From an uncultured Bacilli bacterium (GTDB lineage Bacteria; Bacillota_I; Bacilli_A; RF39; UBA660), in contig CANQVV010000001.1 in NCBI GenBank assembly GCA_947627385.1, positions 1 to 38,864 on the forward strand: a stretch of 38,864 nucleotides of DNA, written 5' to 3'. The translations under genes and the position numbers were made by a program. Position 1 is the first letter of the stretch. Every line of letters begins with the position of its first letter. Shown one piece after another: positions 26,850 to 36,736 of the stretch. Below the pieces are notes generated by a model, which was given only the letters and a program-made list of their open reading frames with translations, made no database searches and had not been told where the DNA came from.

Positions 26850-27035
26850 AATAAAAAGAATGATTACCAAGGAGTCATTTACGACGGTACCATCCTTTTA
26901 TTTACTTAATTTTTTTAACGACTTAAAATGCCGATTAATCTCCAAAAGTAGCAATATTTAATCACTCTTATTAGTTTGCACCTGCCACTAACTCTCTTTT
27001 AAAGAACAATTAAATACCTCTTTCTTCATCAATTA
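26850..27035 (-). ncRNA. T-box riboswitch, Ala specifier
   Basis: Stem I with AGAGA and GGTGCAA loops, specifier GCT (26950-26952), antiterminator AAGGA-TGGTACC-GTC..GAC-TCCTT (bulge region 26885-26897), T run downstream, extended -10 TGTTATAGT at 27043-27051. Confidence 0.9.
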
Positions 27036-27075
27036 CTTTTTAACTATAACATACTTTTAAATAATTTTAAAGTCT

Positions 27076-28197
27076 TTATAGATTAAATTTTTCTCTTGTA
27101 AATTCTAAAATAACTCTTAAAATTGTTAAAATAGGTGTGGCTAAAACCATTCCTAAAATACCAAAGAAATGGCCAAAGACAAGTAAAGCAATAATAATTA
27201 TTACAGGATGAATATTACTTGCCTTACTCATAATAACTGGTTGTAATATATAATTTTCTACTATTTGTACAATTACGCAAACCACCAAAGTAGCAATTCC
27301 AATTAATGGTGATTGGGTAAGACCCACAATGACAGCAGCTGCACCACCAATGTAAGGACCAATAAAAGGAATTAAATCAGTAATACCACAGAATAACCCA
27401 AATAATAAAGGAGCTCTTAATCCTACAACGGCAAATAAAATGGAATCACAAACTAATACTGCTAAGGCTACTAAGAAAGTACCATTAACACATTTTCTTA
27501 CTTCTTCACTCATTTTAGCACATAAATGATTTACATCTTTTTGCATTTTATCTGGAAATATTTTTTTAAAATGACGTTCAATATTATCATAATCAATTAA
27601 CATATAAATACCAATAATTAAACCCATTGCAAATGTTCCGACACCACTAAATAATGCTACTACAAAAGAAATAATGGTATTAGGTAAATTTTTAACAATA
27701 TCCGTTCCAAACATCGTAATATTTTCTAATAATTTCTTTGGAAAATCTCCCAAATTTAAACCATTAGCTTCAAAATTTTTAAAAATATTATTAATATTAG
27801 CCGTTATTCTTTCAATCCACGTTGGCAGTAATCCTACAAGTTCGTTAACTTCATCATAAACTGTTGGAATAAATGTATATAATAAAATAAATAATACTGA
27901 TACAAAAACTGAAAAAACTATTAAAGAACTAATTGTATTATTTTTTATTTTATTATTTAATTTTTTGACAATTGGTTTTAAAAGCCAAGCTAAAACAAAA
28001 CCGATAAAGAAAGGACTAATAACACCTAAAAAGTCTAAGATAATATTTAAAATATTAAGTTTTTGAACAGCTATAATGATAGTTAAAACTAAACAAGCAA
28101 TAAAGACAAAATATAATATTTTTAAGATTTTTTTAGATAACCCAATAACTTCGTTCAATTCTTTGGTATCTAAATCTTTTTCTAATTTACTTTTCAC
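27076..28197 (-). CDS. AI-2E family transporter (YrrI-like)
   Basis: Multi-TM protein with LIPFIGP, ENYILQP and IHPV..GMVLATP motifs; upstream of alaS as in Bacillus. Confidence 0.9.
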   Translation of the reverse strand: MKSKLEKDLDTKELNEVIGLSKKILKILYFVFIACLVLTIIIAVQKLNILNIILDFLGVISPFFIGFVLAWLLKPIVKKLNNKIKNNTISSLIVFSVFVSVLFILLYTFIPTVYDEVNELVGLLPTWIERITANINNIFKNFEANGLNLGDFPKKLLENITMFGTDIVKNLPNTIISFVVALFSGVGTFAMGLIIGIYMLIDYDNIERHFKKIFPDKMQKDVNHLCAKMSEEVRKCVNGTFLVALAVLVCDSILFAVVGLRAPLLFGLFCGITDLIPFIGPYIGGAAAVIVGLTQSPLIGIATLVVCVIVQIVENYILQPVIMSKASNIHPVIIIIALLVFGHFFGILGMVLATPILTILRVILEFTREKFNL

Positions 28198-28273
28198 TTT
28201 TTCACTTCCTCTTCTCTTTAATTATACTATATTTTTTTTAAAATACATCATTTTTAGAAAGTTTAATGTAAAG

Positions 28274-28298
28274 AAAAAGCACTTTTTAGTGCTTATTT
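28274..28298 (-). terminator. Intrinsic terminator after the small ORF
   Basis: AAGCACT-4-AGTGCTT hairpin with a T run on the minus strand. Confidence 0.65.
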
Positions 28299-28451
28299 AC
28301 TCATTTTATTAGTCATAGTATTAGCTTTATCTAACATATTATTAATAAGTTTATCAGCTTTACTTTTAGTTTCTTTATTAAGTAATATATAAGTACCTAA
28401 GCCAACAGAAGCCGCCATCATCATACTCATTGCTATTCCCATTTTTTTCAT
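28293..28451 (-). CDS. 52-aa small protein, YrzQ-like by synteny; not in the ORF track
   Basis: MKKMGIAMSMMMAASVGLGTYILLNKETKSKADKLINNMLDKANTMTNKMSK; RBS GAGGTGG; followed by a terminator. Confidence 0.75.
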   Translation of the reverse strand: MKKMGIAMSMMMAASVGLGTYILLNKETKSKADKLINNMLDKANTMTNKMSK

Positions 28452-28492
28452 ATTTTTCCACCTCATTTATATTATGGAAAAAATACTTAATA

Positions 28493-30688
28493 TTATGTAT
28501 TAAAAAATTTATTTTTTAAATGATCTTGTAATGTCGTTTTACGTAGTTCACTATATTCATTAAAGATAGCTTTATAAAAACAATTAGCATCTCCTATTAA
28601 AATTAAACTCTTTTTTGCCCGACTTACACCCGTATATAATAATTTATTATAGAGCATATTACCATAATGCATTGTAATAGGCATAATAACATGATCAAAT
28701 TCACTACCTTGACTTTTATGAATAGTAATAGCATACGCATGTCGAATATTTTTTAAATCTTTTTTGGCAATGACAATAATATTGCCATCAAAATCAATAG
28801 TAATCATTTCTTTTTGGTATGGTTTATTAATTAAAGCTATATTTTGAATAAAACCAATATCACCATTAAAAACATTATTATCCGCATCATTTACAAGTTG
28901 TAATACTTTATCTCCCACTTTATATATTGTATCTCCATAATTTATTCTTTTTTGGCCCTCATCAGGATTAAAAATATCACAAAGCATTCGATTTAAATTA
29001 TCTATACCATTTTCACCTTTATACATTGGCGCTAATATTTGTAAATTATTTTCATCAAAACCTTTTTCTAAACCGGCTAAAACAATTTTTTTAATTACGC
29101 CTTTAATATTTTTAGAATCAGTTATTATAAAATTATAGTCATCTTTCTTTTCGGTAAATTCTTCCGATAAATCTCTATTTTTTATTTCTCGGGCTAAATA
29201 TGGAATATATGAATTTTCACTTTGCCGATAAATATAATTAAGAGGAATAAAATCAAATAAGTCACTATTAATTAAATCTTTTAAAACTAAACCTGGTCCT
29301 ACGGATGGTAATTGATTAACATCACCTACTAAAATTAATTTAACATAACTATTAATCCCTTTTAATAAAGCCGTAAATAAAGCTTCATCAATCATACTAA
29401 CCTCATCAACTATAATGAGTTTTTGATAATTTTTATTATTTTCATTAATCATAAATTCATTAGTATCTTTATTCCATTTTAAATAACGATGAATAGTTGA
29501 AGATGGCATATTAGTAGCTAAACTCATTTTTTTACTAGCTCTACCCGTCGGAGCTAATAAAGCAATTTGTTCAATAATATCTAAATTAGTTAAATGATTT
29601 TCTGCAACATATAATTTAACAATAGCATTAATAATAGTTGTTTTACCAGTTCCAGGTCCACCAGAAATTATCGTAACATTATTATTTAAAGCTTTATTAA
29701 TGGCCATTTTTTGGGTATCGTTATAAGTTATATGTAAATTTTCTTCTAATTTGGCTATCTTATCACTATAATCTTTACTTTTGATATTTTTATTTGCAAT
29801 TTTATATAAAAGTTCAGCAATATCTATTTCATTTTGATAATTTTCTTGTAAATAATAATTATTATCATATTTTACTATTAATAATTCATCTTCTAATTCT
29901 CTTAAATATTCTATATATAAATCATAATCAATACTTAAATTAAATAATTTTAATAATATTTCATAAATATAATCTTCACTATAATATATATCCCCTAAAT
30001 TACTAGAAATAGTTTTCATACTTTCTAATATACAAGCCTTAACTCTTCTTTTATCAAAACGATCATTATTATTTAAAAATATAGCATCTAATCTTTTAAA
30101 ATCAACTATTTCATTTAATAAATATATATTATTATCTAAAATATCAACTATATTATCTTTATATTTAGTATATATTTTACCTGCTTCTTCAATAGAAAAA
30201 CCTAAATTTTTTAATTTTATTATAACATCAGAACTTTTAGAATAATTAATAACCGAATTATATATTTTATCTCTTTTTGATTCATTCATACCATCAATAT
30301 TATCCAAAGCAAATTTATTTTCTTTAATAATATCAATACTTTTATCACCATAAACCTCTACAATTCTTTCAGCTGTTTTTTTACCACAACCTTTAATAAA
30401 AGGACTACTTAAAAAATCTATTATTGCCTCTTTTTCACTTGGTATTATATATTCATAACTTTCTACTTTAAATTGTTTACCAAATCTTTCATGTTCAGTA
30501 AATTCTCCTTTAATAGTAAGTAATGATTCTAATTTTAAATCTAAAAAATTGCCAGTAATAGTAATAGTTTTTTTGACATATTCTTTATTCTCTTCATCAA
30601 CTTTTGAAACACGAAAAAGAGCAACTAAATAATTATTTGCTTCATTATAATATATCGTACTTTTTATTTTTCCTTCTAAAATGCTCAT
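28493..30688 (-). CDS. recD2: ATP-dependent RecD2 DNA helicase
   Basis: HhH region, GGPGTGKT, LAPTGRAS, VDEVSM, GDVNQLPSVGPG and TIHKSQGSEF motifs. Confidence 0.96.
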   Translation of the reverse strand: MSILEGKIKSTIYYNEANNYLVALFRVSKVDEENKEYVKKTITITGNFLDLKLESLLTIKGEFTEHERFGKQFKVESYEYIIPSEKEAIIDFLSSPFIKGCGKKTAERIVEVYGDKSIDIIKENKFALDNIDGMNESKRDKIYNSVINYSKSSDVIIKLKNLGFSIEEAGKIYTKYKDNIVDILDNNIYLLNEIVDFKRLDAIFLNNNDRFDKRRVKACILESMKTISSNLGDIYYSEDYIYEILLKLFNLSIDYDLYIEYLRELEDELLIVKYDNNYYLQENYQNEIDIAELLYKIANKNIKSKDYSDKIAKLEENLHITYNDTQKMAINKALNNNVTIISGGPGTGKTTIINAIVKLYVAENHLTNLDIIEQIALLAPTGRASKKMSLATNMPSSTIHRYLKWNKDTNEFMINENNKNYQKLIIVDEVSMIDEALFTALLKGINSYVKLILVGDVNQLPSVGPGLVLKDLINSDLFDFIPLNYIYRQSENSYIPYLAREIKNRDLSEEFTEKKDDYNFIITDSKNIKGVIKKIVLAGLEKGFDENNLQILAPMYKGENGIDNLNRMLCDIFNPDEGQKRINYGDTIYKVGDKVLQLVNDADNNVFNGDIGFIQNIALINKPYQKEMITIDFDGNIIVIAKKDLKNIRHAYAITIHKSQGSEFDHVIMPITMHYGNMLYNKLLYTGVSRAKKSLILIGDANCFYKAIFNEYSELRKTTLQDHLKNKFFNT

Positions 30689-30751
30689 AAAATAATTATA
30701 CTCTATTAAAGAAAAAAAGACTAGAATATTCTAATCTTTTAACTAACAATT

Positions 30752-32434
30752 TTAACGGAAACCGCCGCCTCCGCCGCCTCCACCGAAGGAACCACCGCCT
30801 CCGCCAGATGATGAGAATCCACCACCACCAGAGGAATAACTTTCTGCTCGTGATTTTGCCACACTAGCAGCATGGACACCTTCATATGAAATTGTATGAA
30901 TAAAGATAATATCATTATAATAGTCTTCGGTTATAACATCAGGATATAAGCGTTTAAATTCTTTGGCTACTTCTTTGGCAATACCGAATATTTGGGCATA
31001 CATTAAATATTCATCCCATATTTTCACTTCAATAGCTTCTCTATTTTCAATATTAGAAAATTCTTTTAAGAAATTTTTTAAGCCTGCCATTTGCATTGCT
31101 TGTTCTCTCATATTTTCGGATACATGATAAACAGTACTAAATGTTTTCTTTTCTTCTTTAATTAATCCTTCTTTTACATATTCATCAGTTACATCATCTA
31201 TAACTGAATTAAACCATTTTAATATTTTATTATAATTATCTTGACACCAATCTTTAAACTCATCACGTTCTAATACACCATCTTTGGCTGCTTTAAACAT
31301 CATATCATACAATTCTATTTCTCTTTCATTTAAATTATCATTTTTGATTAATTTTAAAGCCATATCTTTTTCATTTATTTTAGCATTTTCTATATTGCCA
31401 AATTTTAACCATTTAAGAAGGATAGCTCCTAGAAAATCAGTTTTATTCTTGACAAGATTATATTGACAAGCTACCCAATAAGCTTTAAAAATGTCTTTAT
31501 TACAAGGAATATCTCGAAAAAATGGAGCATTTTTTAAATCTTTTTTAGCCTTTGGTGGGAATTTTAAATTTTTGGTTCCATAAGCATTGGAACTATTTTT
31601 TATAGCTATAATAGGAATAATAAAAAATAATGAATAGAAAATTAAATTAAAAATCATAAGAAAAAAATTAATTATAGTTGAGCCTTTACTGGTCGAACTC
31701 TCATGATAAACATCTGCTCCGCTTTGAGCCATATCTAAATAATAATCAAAATCTTCATCAATAGTGGAATTAGTATTAAATGTTCCTTTGGGAAATTTTA
31801 CTAATACTGTCATATATTCATCACTAGCAAGAGAACCTTCCTTAGTCATTTCAATATAACCGTCATAAACATAAGCATAACCTTCATTGTTGGCATCACC
31901 ATAGCCATATCCCCATACATCTAAGGTATCACTATATGCAAAATCACTATGAATTTTAATATAAACATATTCTGGTTTATCAGATAAATCATAAGGTATT
32001 AATTGCCAATAAACCATATCGGCATCAGTTAGTCTAGATACAAAATTAGTTATGGTATATTCTAAGGTATAAGTATTATTACCATATTCAGATATTCCAA
32101 AACATAACTCATATCCATCATCAATAGCATTTATACCTGATTTATAACTTTTTTCTTCAAAAGAAGCATCAATATCCCAAAAACTTTTACTAGTGAATGC
32201 TTGACCATTCATTTTAACTTTAAAATTAGTAATATCTGAGGTTCCTAAATTATAATAAGGTTTATATCCCTCAGTTCCACTAGTTAGATTAGCTTTCCAA
32301 ACTTCTTCAACTTGGGCATTGCCATTTTCATCAATAAAAATATCCATTGTTATACTTTTTATATCATTAGCATATACCTTAGCATTAAAAAATATAGTTA
32401 CTAATAAAAACATCAGATAAGAAAATTTTTTCAC
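30752..32434 (-). CDS. DUF2207 family membrane protein
   Basis: Signal peptide, extracellular domain, TM, GLKNFLKEF..WDEYLMYAQIFG and a Gly-rich C-terminal tail; follows lemA. Confidence 0.85.
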   Translation of the reverse strand: MKKFSYLMFLLVTIFFNAKVYANDIKSITMDIFIDENGNAQVEEVWKANLTSGTEGYKPYYNLGTSDITNFKVKMNGQAFTSKSFWDIDASFEEKSYKSGINAIDDGYELCFGISEYGNNTYTLEYTITNFVSRLTDADMVYWQLIPYDLSDKPEYVYIKIHSDFAYSDTLDVWGYGYGDANNEGYAYVYDGYIEMTKEGSLASDEYMTVLVKFPKGTFNTNSTIDEDFDYYLDMAQSGADVYHESSTSKGSTIINFFLMIFNLIFYSLFFIIPIIAIKNSSNAYGTKNLKFPPKAKKDLKNAPFFRDIPCNKDIFKAYWVACQYNLVKNKTDFLGAILLKWLKFGNIENAKINEKDMALKLIKNDNLNEREIELYDMMFKAAKDGVLERDEFKDWCQDNYNKILKWFNSVIDDVTDEYVKEGLIKEEKKTFSTVYHVSENMREQAMQMAGLKNFLKEFSNIENREAIEVKIWDEYLMYAQIFGIAKEVAKEFKRLYPDVITEDYYNDIIFIHTISYEGVHAASVAKSRAESYSSGGGGFSSSGGGGGSFGGGGGGGGFR

Positions 32435-32466
32435 TATATCACCTACTTAAATTTTTTTCTAAGATA

Positions 32467-32487
32467 AAAGGCATTTAATAATGCCTT
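32467..32487 (-). terminator. Hairpin after lemA
   Basis: AAGGCATT-4-AATGCCTT followed by T residues. Confidence 0.5.
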
Positions 32488-33034
32488 AAAATTTAACTTT
32501 TACGTTTTCTCTTTCTGATTCACTTGCTGCAAAATATTCCCGTTTTTTAAAATGGAACATACCAGCAACTAAATTAGATGGAAACATTTCAATTTTATTG
32601 TTTAATTTTAATACTGAATCATTGTAGAAACCTCTGGCATAAACTATTTTTTGTTCAATTTCTGAAAGTTCTCCTTGTAGTTGCATAAAGTTTTCATTTG
32701 CTTTCAACTCTGGATAAGATTCAGCAAGAGCAAATAATTTATTAATAGCATTAGTAAGTTCACCATCAGCTTTTAATTGTTCACCCATACCATTAGCACT
32801 AGCATAAGCATTACGGGCATTAACTACTCCTTCTAAGGTTTCTTTTTCATGTTTAGTATAACCTTTAACAGTTTCAATTAAATTAGGAACTAAATCAAAT
32901 CTTCTTTTTAATTCAACATCAATTTGACTGAATTGATCATCTACTTTGTTTTTTAATCCTACTAAACCATTATAAACACTTACAATGTAAATAATTAATA
33001 GAACTACAATAACTACTGGAATTATCCACCACAT
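32486..33034 (-). CDS. lemA: LemA family protein
   Basis: IDVELKRRFDLVPNL and AESYPELKANENF motifs. Confidence 0.95.
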   Translation of the reverse strand: MWWIIPVVIVVLLIIYIVSVYNGLVGLKNKVDDQFSQIDVELKRRFDLVPNLIETVKGYTKHEKETLEGVVNARNAYASANGMGEQLKADGELTNAINKLFALAESYPELKANENFMQLQGELSEIEQKIVYARGFYNDSVLKLNNKIEMFPSNLVAGMFHFKKREYFAASESERENVKVKF

Positions 33035-33088
33035 AATATCACTCTCCTTATTTAACTTAATATTATCACAATTATATTATTTTGACAA

Positions 33089-34069
33089 TTATCTTTTTGT
33101 AACTTTGACAGCTAATTTTCTTACCATTGGTTGCACAAACTTAGGAGTAAAACTATGAGCTATAATTAAAGATTTTAATAAAAATGGCGATGAAGCAAAA
33201 AATTGTTGAGCTTTTCTTAATTTTTCACTAGTAAACTTAGGATCAACTATTTCTAAGCAAGCTTTAAATTGTTCATAATCAGGATGAATATTACTATCCC
33301 AAGGTTTTATTTCAAATAAACTAGTACCATGTAATATAATTGGCTTTTTCATAGCATTTTCAATTTCACTACTACTAGTATTTAAATGAAAAGTATCAAA
33401 ATATATTTTTCGATAAATACCTGTTAAAAACCGATCAACTGCTAAAAGATTATAATTTAAAGGCAACCTAGAAATTTCACCAGATAAAGCAAAATTTAAA
33501 GTATCTTGATCAGGAAATACTAATGGTATGGAAGTGCTTTGTAAATAATTTACAATTTTAGCTTCCATATTTTTATCTATCCAATTACAAACATTAAAAT
33601 ACAAAACTCCCGAATTAAAATAAGGTGAAGTTTTAGTTCTAATATAATGAGCTCTTTGCATAGATTCCTTAACAGCATTAATGGCATTAGCACTATATTC
33701 TTCTAAACCAGATAAATTATCGACCACTAAGGTATCTGCATCTAAATATAATAAATTATTTATATCATCTAAACTATTGCCCAAAATACTTTGAAAAAAT
33801 AATCTAGCATTAGCGACTTGGGTATTACGCCATTCTGGTAAATTATATTTTTCAATATTAAATTCTCTAATATCATAAAAATAAAATTCAATATTAAATA
33901 ATTCTAAAAATTTAGCTACTTTCTTATAATCTTCTAATTTAAAATCACTTGTTATAATAAATATTCTTAAATTACTGACTTCTCCATTAGTGATAATTGA
34001 TAAAATTGACGCTAGCATAATATCAACATATTTATTATTAATCGTATATAATACATCTAATTTTTCCAT
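33089..34069 (-). CDS. Glycosyltransferase family 8
   Basis: LYLDADT, YFNSGVL, DQDTLN and H..KPW motifs. Confidence 0.9.
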   Translation of the reverse strand: MEKLDVLYTINNKYVDIMLASILSIITNGEVSNLRIFIITSDFKLEDYKKVAKFLELFNIEFYFYDIREFNIEKYNLPEWRNTQVANARLFFQSILGNSLDDINNLLYLDADTLVVDNLSGLEEYSANAINAVKESMQRAHYIRTKTSPYFNSGVLYFNVCNWIDKNMEAKIVNYLQSTSIPLVFPDQDTLNFALSGEISRLPLNYNLLAVDRFLTGIYRKIYFDTFHLNTSSSEIENAMKKPIILHGTSLFEIKPWDSNIHPDYEQFKACLEIVDPKFTSEKLRKAQQFFASSPFLLKSLIIAHSFTPKFVQPMVRKLAVKVTKR

Positions 34070-34125
34070 AATAAATCCCTTTAATAGCCATTTATTATAT
34101 ATGCATTTTTCAATTTTTACAAGTT

Positions 34126-34482
34126 TTATTTTAATGCAATACTAACTTGCGTTGCAACATCAGATTTTAAAATAGTAGCAAGCATAGCTACACCTTGTTC
34201 TGTAAATACACGTGGTAAGTATTTTCTATGTGTTCCTCTACCATTTTTCGGAGTTTTTAAGGTCGAAATTTTCGACCTTAAAAAATTCCATTCATCATCG
34301 GACAATAACCAAGAAAATCTTTCTGGAAATTTTTGAGGATTATTTCTAACAGCTTCATTAATTCTTTTTGTTTCTACTCCATAAAGCTTTGCTAAATCAG
34401 AGTCCAGCATTACCTGTTTTCCTCTTACTTCATAAATCATATTTTCAACCTTTTCTTCTTTAACTAATGTATTTGTATTCAT
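34126..34482 (-). pseudogene. ORF6N-domain DNA-binding protein, probably C-terminally truncated
   Basis: IYEVRGKQVMLDSDLAKLYG and PRVFTEQGVAMLATIL motifs; stops abruptly at VSIALK. Confidence 0.75.
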
Positions 34483-34550
34483 ATAAATTCCCCCTTACTT
34501 TGCTTGTAACTAAAATATGCCAAACATTCGTTTTTATGTCAATTCTTGTT

Positions 34551-35639
34551 TCAATTGTTTTTAGAAATATTTAAAAGTATACCAATACTTGCCATACTAA
34601 CTAGTAAACTACTACCACCATATGATAAAAAAGGCAAAGTTACACCAGTAACTGGAATTAATCCCACTACTACCATTAAATTTAAAGCAGCTTGCACAAT
34701 AAGACCAAAAGCAAGACCAAAAGCCAAATATTTGCCAAATAAATCATTAGTTTTTAAAGATATTTTAATACCTCGATAAAAGATTACAAAAAATAATGAT
34801 GCTACAATTAAGATACCTAAAAAGCCTAATTCTTCACTTATAATAGAAAAAATAAAATCAGTTTGAGGCTCTGGTAAATAAAAATATTTTTGTCTAGATT
34901 TTAAGAATCCTTGGCCAAGAAGACCACCAGGACCAATGGCATATAAACTTTGTAAAATTTGATAACCAGAACCTAAGGGATCACTCCAAGGATTTAAGAA
35001 GCTAACTATTCTTTTCATTCGGTAAGGAGCAGCAATAATGATACCGACTATCCCTACTAAACCTACTAAACCAATTTTGACAAAAAATGAAATTTGGACA
35101 CCACTAATAAAGATTAAAACAACCAAAGTTAAAACTATAACCATAGATGTTCCAAAATCTGGTTCTAACATAATTATTAAAAAGAAAAAGCCAATTACTC
35201 CTAAAATGGGAATTACACCTTTTACAATATTTTTCATTATTCGACTATTATTAGTTAAATATTTAGAAACATAAATAATTAAACCAATTTTTGCAAATTC
35301 TGATGGTTGAATACCCAAAGAGCCTATACCAAACCAACTACGACTACCATTTCTAATACTACCAATACCTGGTATTAATACTAAAATTAAAAGGATAGCA
35401 CAAATTAATAAAATAAGATTAGCTTTTTTATAATATAAATGATAATCAATTTTAGATAAAAAATACATTATTATAAGGCCAATAACTAAAAAAATACCTT
35501 GCATTTTGGCAAATTTAAAAGCATCATTAAATTTATATTCTGCCCAGACAAAACTAGCTGAATAAATCATAATAACGCCAAAAATAGCAATAATAATTAC
35601 GGCAATTAATAAAGGCTTATCAATTCCCTTTTTAATAAT
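34551..35639 (-). CDS. spoVE: SEDS protein SpoVE/FtsW; probable ATT start at 35639 or 35636
   Basis: IQPSEFAK, EPDFGT, GYQILQS, YLPEPQTDFIF and SYGGSS motifs. The frame is open 23 codons upstream of the ATG and encodes the first TM helix. Confidence 0.85.
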   Translation of the reverse strand: MIKKGIDKPLLIAVIIIAIFGVIMIYSASFVWAEYKFNDAFKFAKMQGIFLVIGLIIMYFLSKIDYHLYYKKANLILLICAILLILVLIPGIGSIRNGSRSWFGIGSLGIQPSEFAKIGLIIYVSKYLTNNSRIMKNIVKGVIPILGVIGFFFLIIMLEPDFGTSMVIVLTLVVLIFISGVQISFFVKIGLVGLVGIVGIIIAAPYRMKRIVSFLNPWSDPLGSGYQILQSLYAIGPGGLLGQGFLKSRQKYFYLPEPQTDFIFSIISEELGFLGILIVASLFFVIFYRGIKISLKTNDLFGKYLAFGLAFGLIVQAALNLMVVVGLIPVTGVTLPFLSYGGSSLLVSMASIGILLNISKNN

Positions 35640-35662
35640 TTAACCCCCCTTTTTTTCTTTAT

Positions 35663-36664
35663 TTATAACCAAACACCATAAGTAATCGCAGCCATTGCTA
35701 AAAGTAAGCCCGCAACATAAAATAGTTTAACTATGTCACTTTCACTCCATTTTAATTCTTCAAAATGATGATGCAATGGTGCTTTTAAAAATACTTTTTT
35801 ATTAAATTTACGAATACCTATTATTTGGATAAAACTACTTAATGTTTCTATAACAAAGACACCACCAATAATAGCTAGAGATAATTCATGTCTTGTTAAT
35901 ATGGCAATAGTAGCTAAGGCACCACCTAAGGCCAAAGATCCCAAATCACCCATAAAAACATGAGCAGGATGGGAATTATAAACTAAAAAGCCAAGTAATG
36001 CTCCGACTATTAAGAAGCAAAAAATAGCTATTTCTTGATATCCTTCTAGCCAGCCGCAATTCCAAGAAATAATACCATAAGCTAAAAAGGCAATTGCGGA
36101 TAAGCCAGCACATAAACCATCTAAACCATCGGTAATATTAACGGCATTAGTTGTACCTACAAGTAAAAATAAAATAAAAATGCCAAAAGTCCAACCCAGA
36201 GGAATAACTAAATTCAAAGCTGTAAATTTTAAAATATTAGAGCCACCACTACGCATAAATAAATAGAAAAATACTAAGGCTATAATCATTTGAATTAAAA
36301 ATTTTGTTACAATCGATAAACCAGCATTATTTTTATATTTAATTTTTAAAAAATCATCAATGCCACCTAAAATTGCATAGGCTAAAAAGACAAATATTAA
36401 AATAATTATATTATAACTTATTTCAATACTGCCATTAATATATAGTAATATTAAAGAAAGAATTACTGGAAAAATAAAGATAATTCCTCCCATTGTTGGT
36501 GTGCCTTCTTTTTTTAAATGTCTTTTATTTATTTCGCGACTAACCATTTGTCCTAAATGAAATTTTTTTAACATAGGAATAAAAACAAGTCCACTAGCAA
36601 TTGCCAAAGTAAAACCTAACATCATTGCCATTGCAGCCTTAGCTAGAATTAACATATAATCCAC
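35663..36664 (-). CDS. mraY: Phospho-N-acetylmuramoyl-pentapeptide transferase
   Basis: KEGTPTMGG, NAVNITDGLDGL, VFMGDLGS and APLHHHFE motifs; GTG start. Confidence 0.97.
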   Translation of the reverse strand: MDYMLILAKAAMAMMLGFTLAIASGLVFIPMLKKFHLGQMVSREINKRHLKKEGTPTMGGIIFIFPVILSLILLYINGSIEISYNIIILIFVFLAYAILGGIDDFLKIKYKNNAGLSIVTKFLIQMIIALVFFYLFMRSGGSNILKFTALNLVIPLGWTFGIFILFLLVGTTNAVNITDGLDGLCAGLSAIAFLAYGIISWNCGWLEGYQEIAIFCFLIVGALLGFLVYNSHPAHVFMGDLGSLALGGALATIAILTRHELSLAIIGGVFVIETLSSFIQIIGIRKFNKKVFLKAPLHHHFEELKWSESDIVKLFYVAGLLLAMAAITYGVWL

Positions 36665-36736
36665 CTCTTTAAATTATTATACACCACCAAATACTGCATC
36701 TTTTAGCATGAAACTTAATTTTTACATATTTTTACA

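Noticed and set aside
30755-30835. GC-rich CCGCCGCCT/CCACCA repeat patch
   Set aside because: It encodes the Gly/Ser-rich C-terminal tail normal for DUF2207 proteins.
3135-35274. Short plus-strand ORFs in the track (3135, 6378, 7380, 8012, 15021, 22142, 23311, 23885, 24024, 25734, 27674, 28076, 31284, 34546, 35038) and minus-strand 14143..14340
   Set aside because: They are antisense or alternative-frame shadows of well-supported genes or regulatory regions, with no recognisable motifs.
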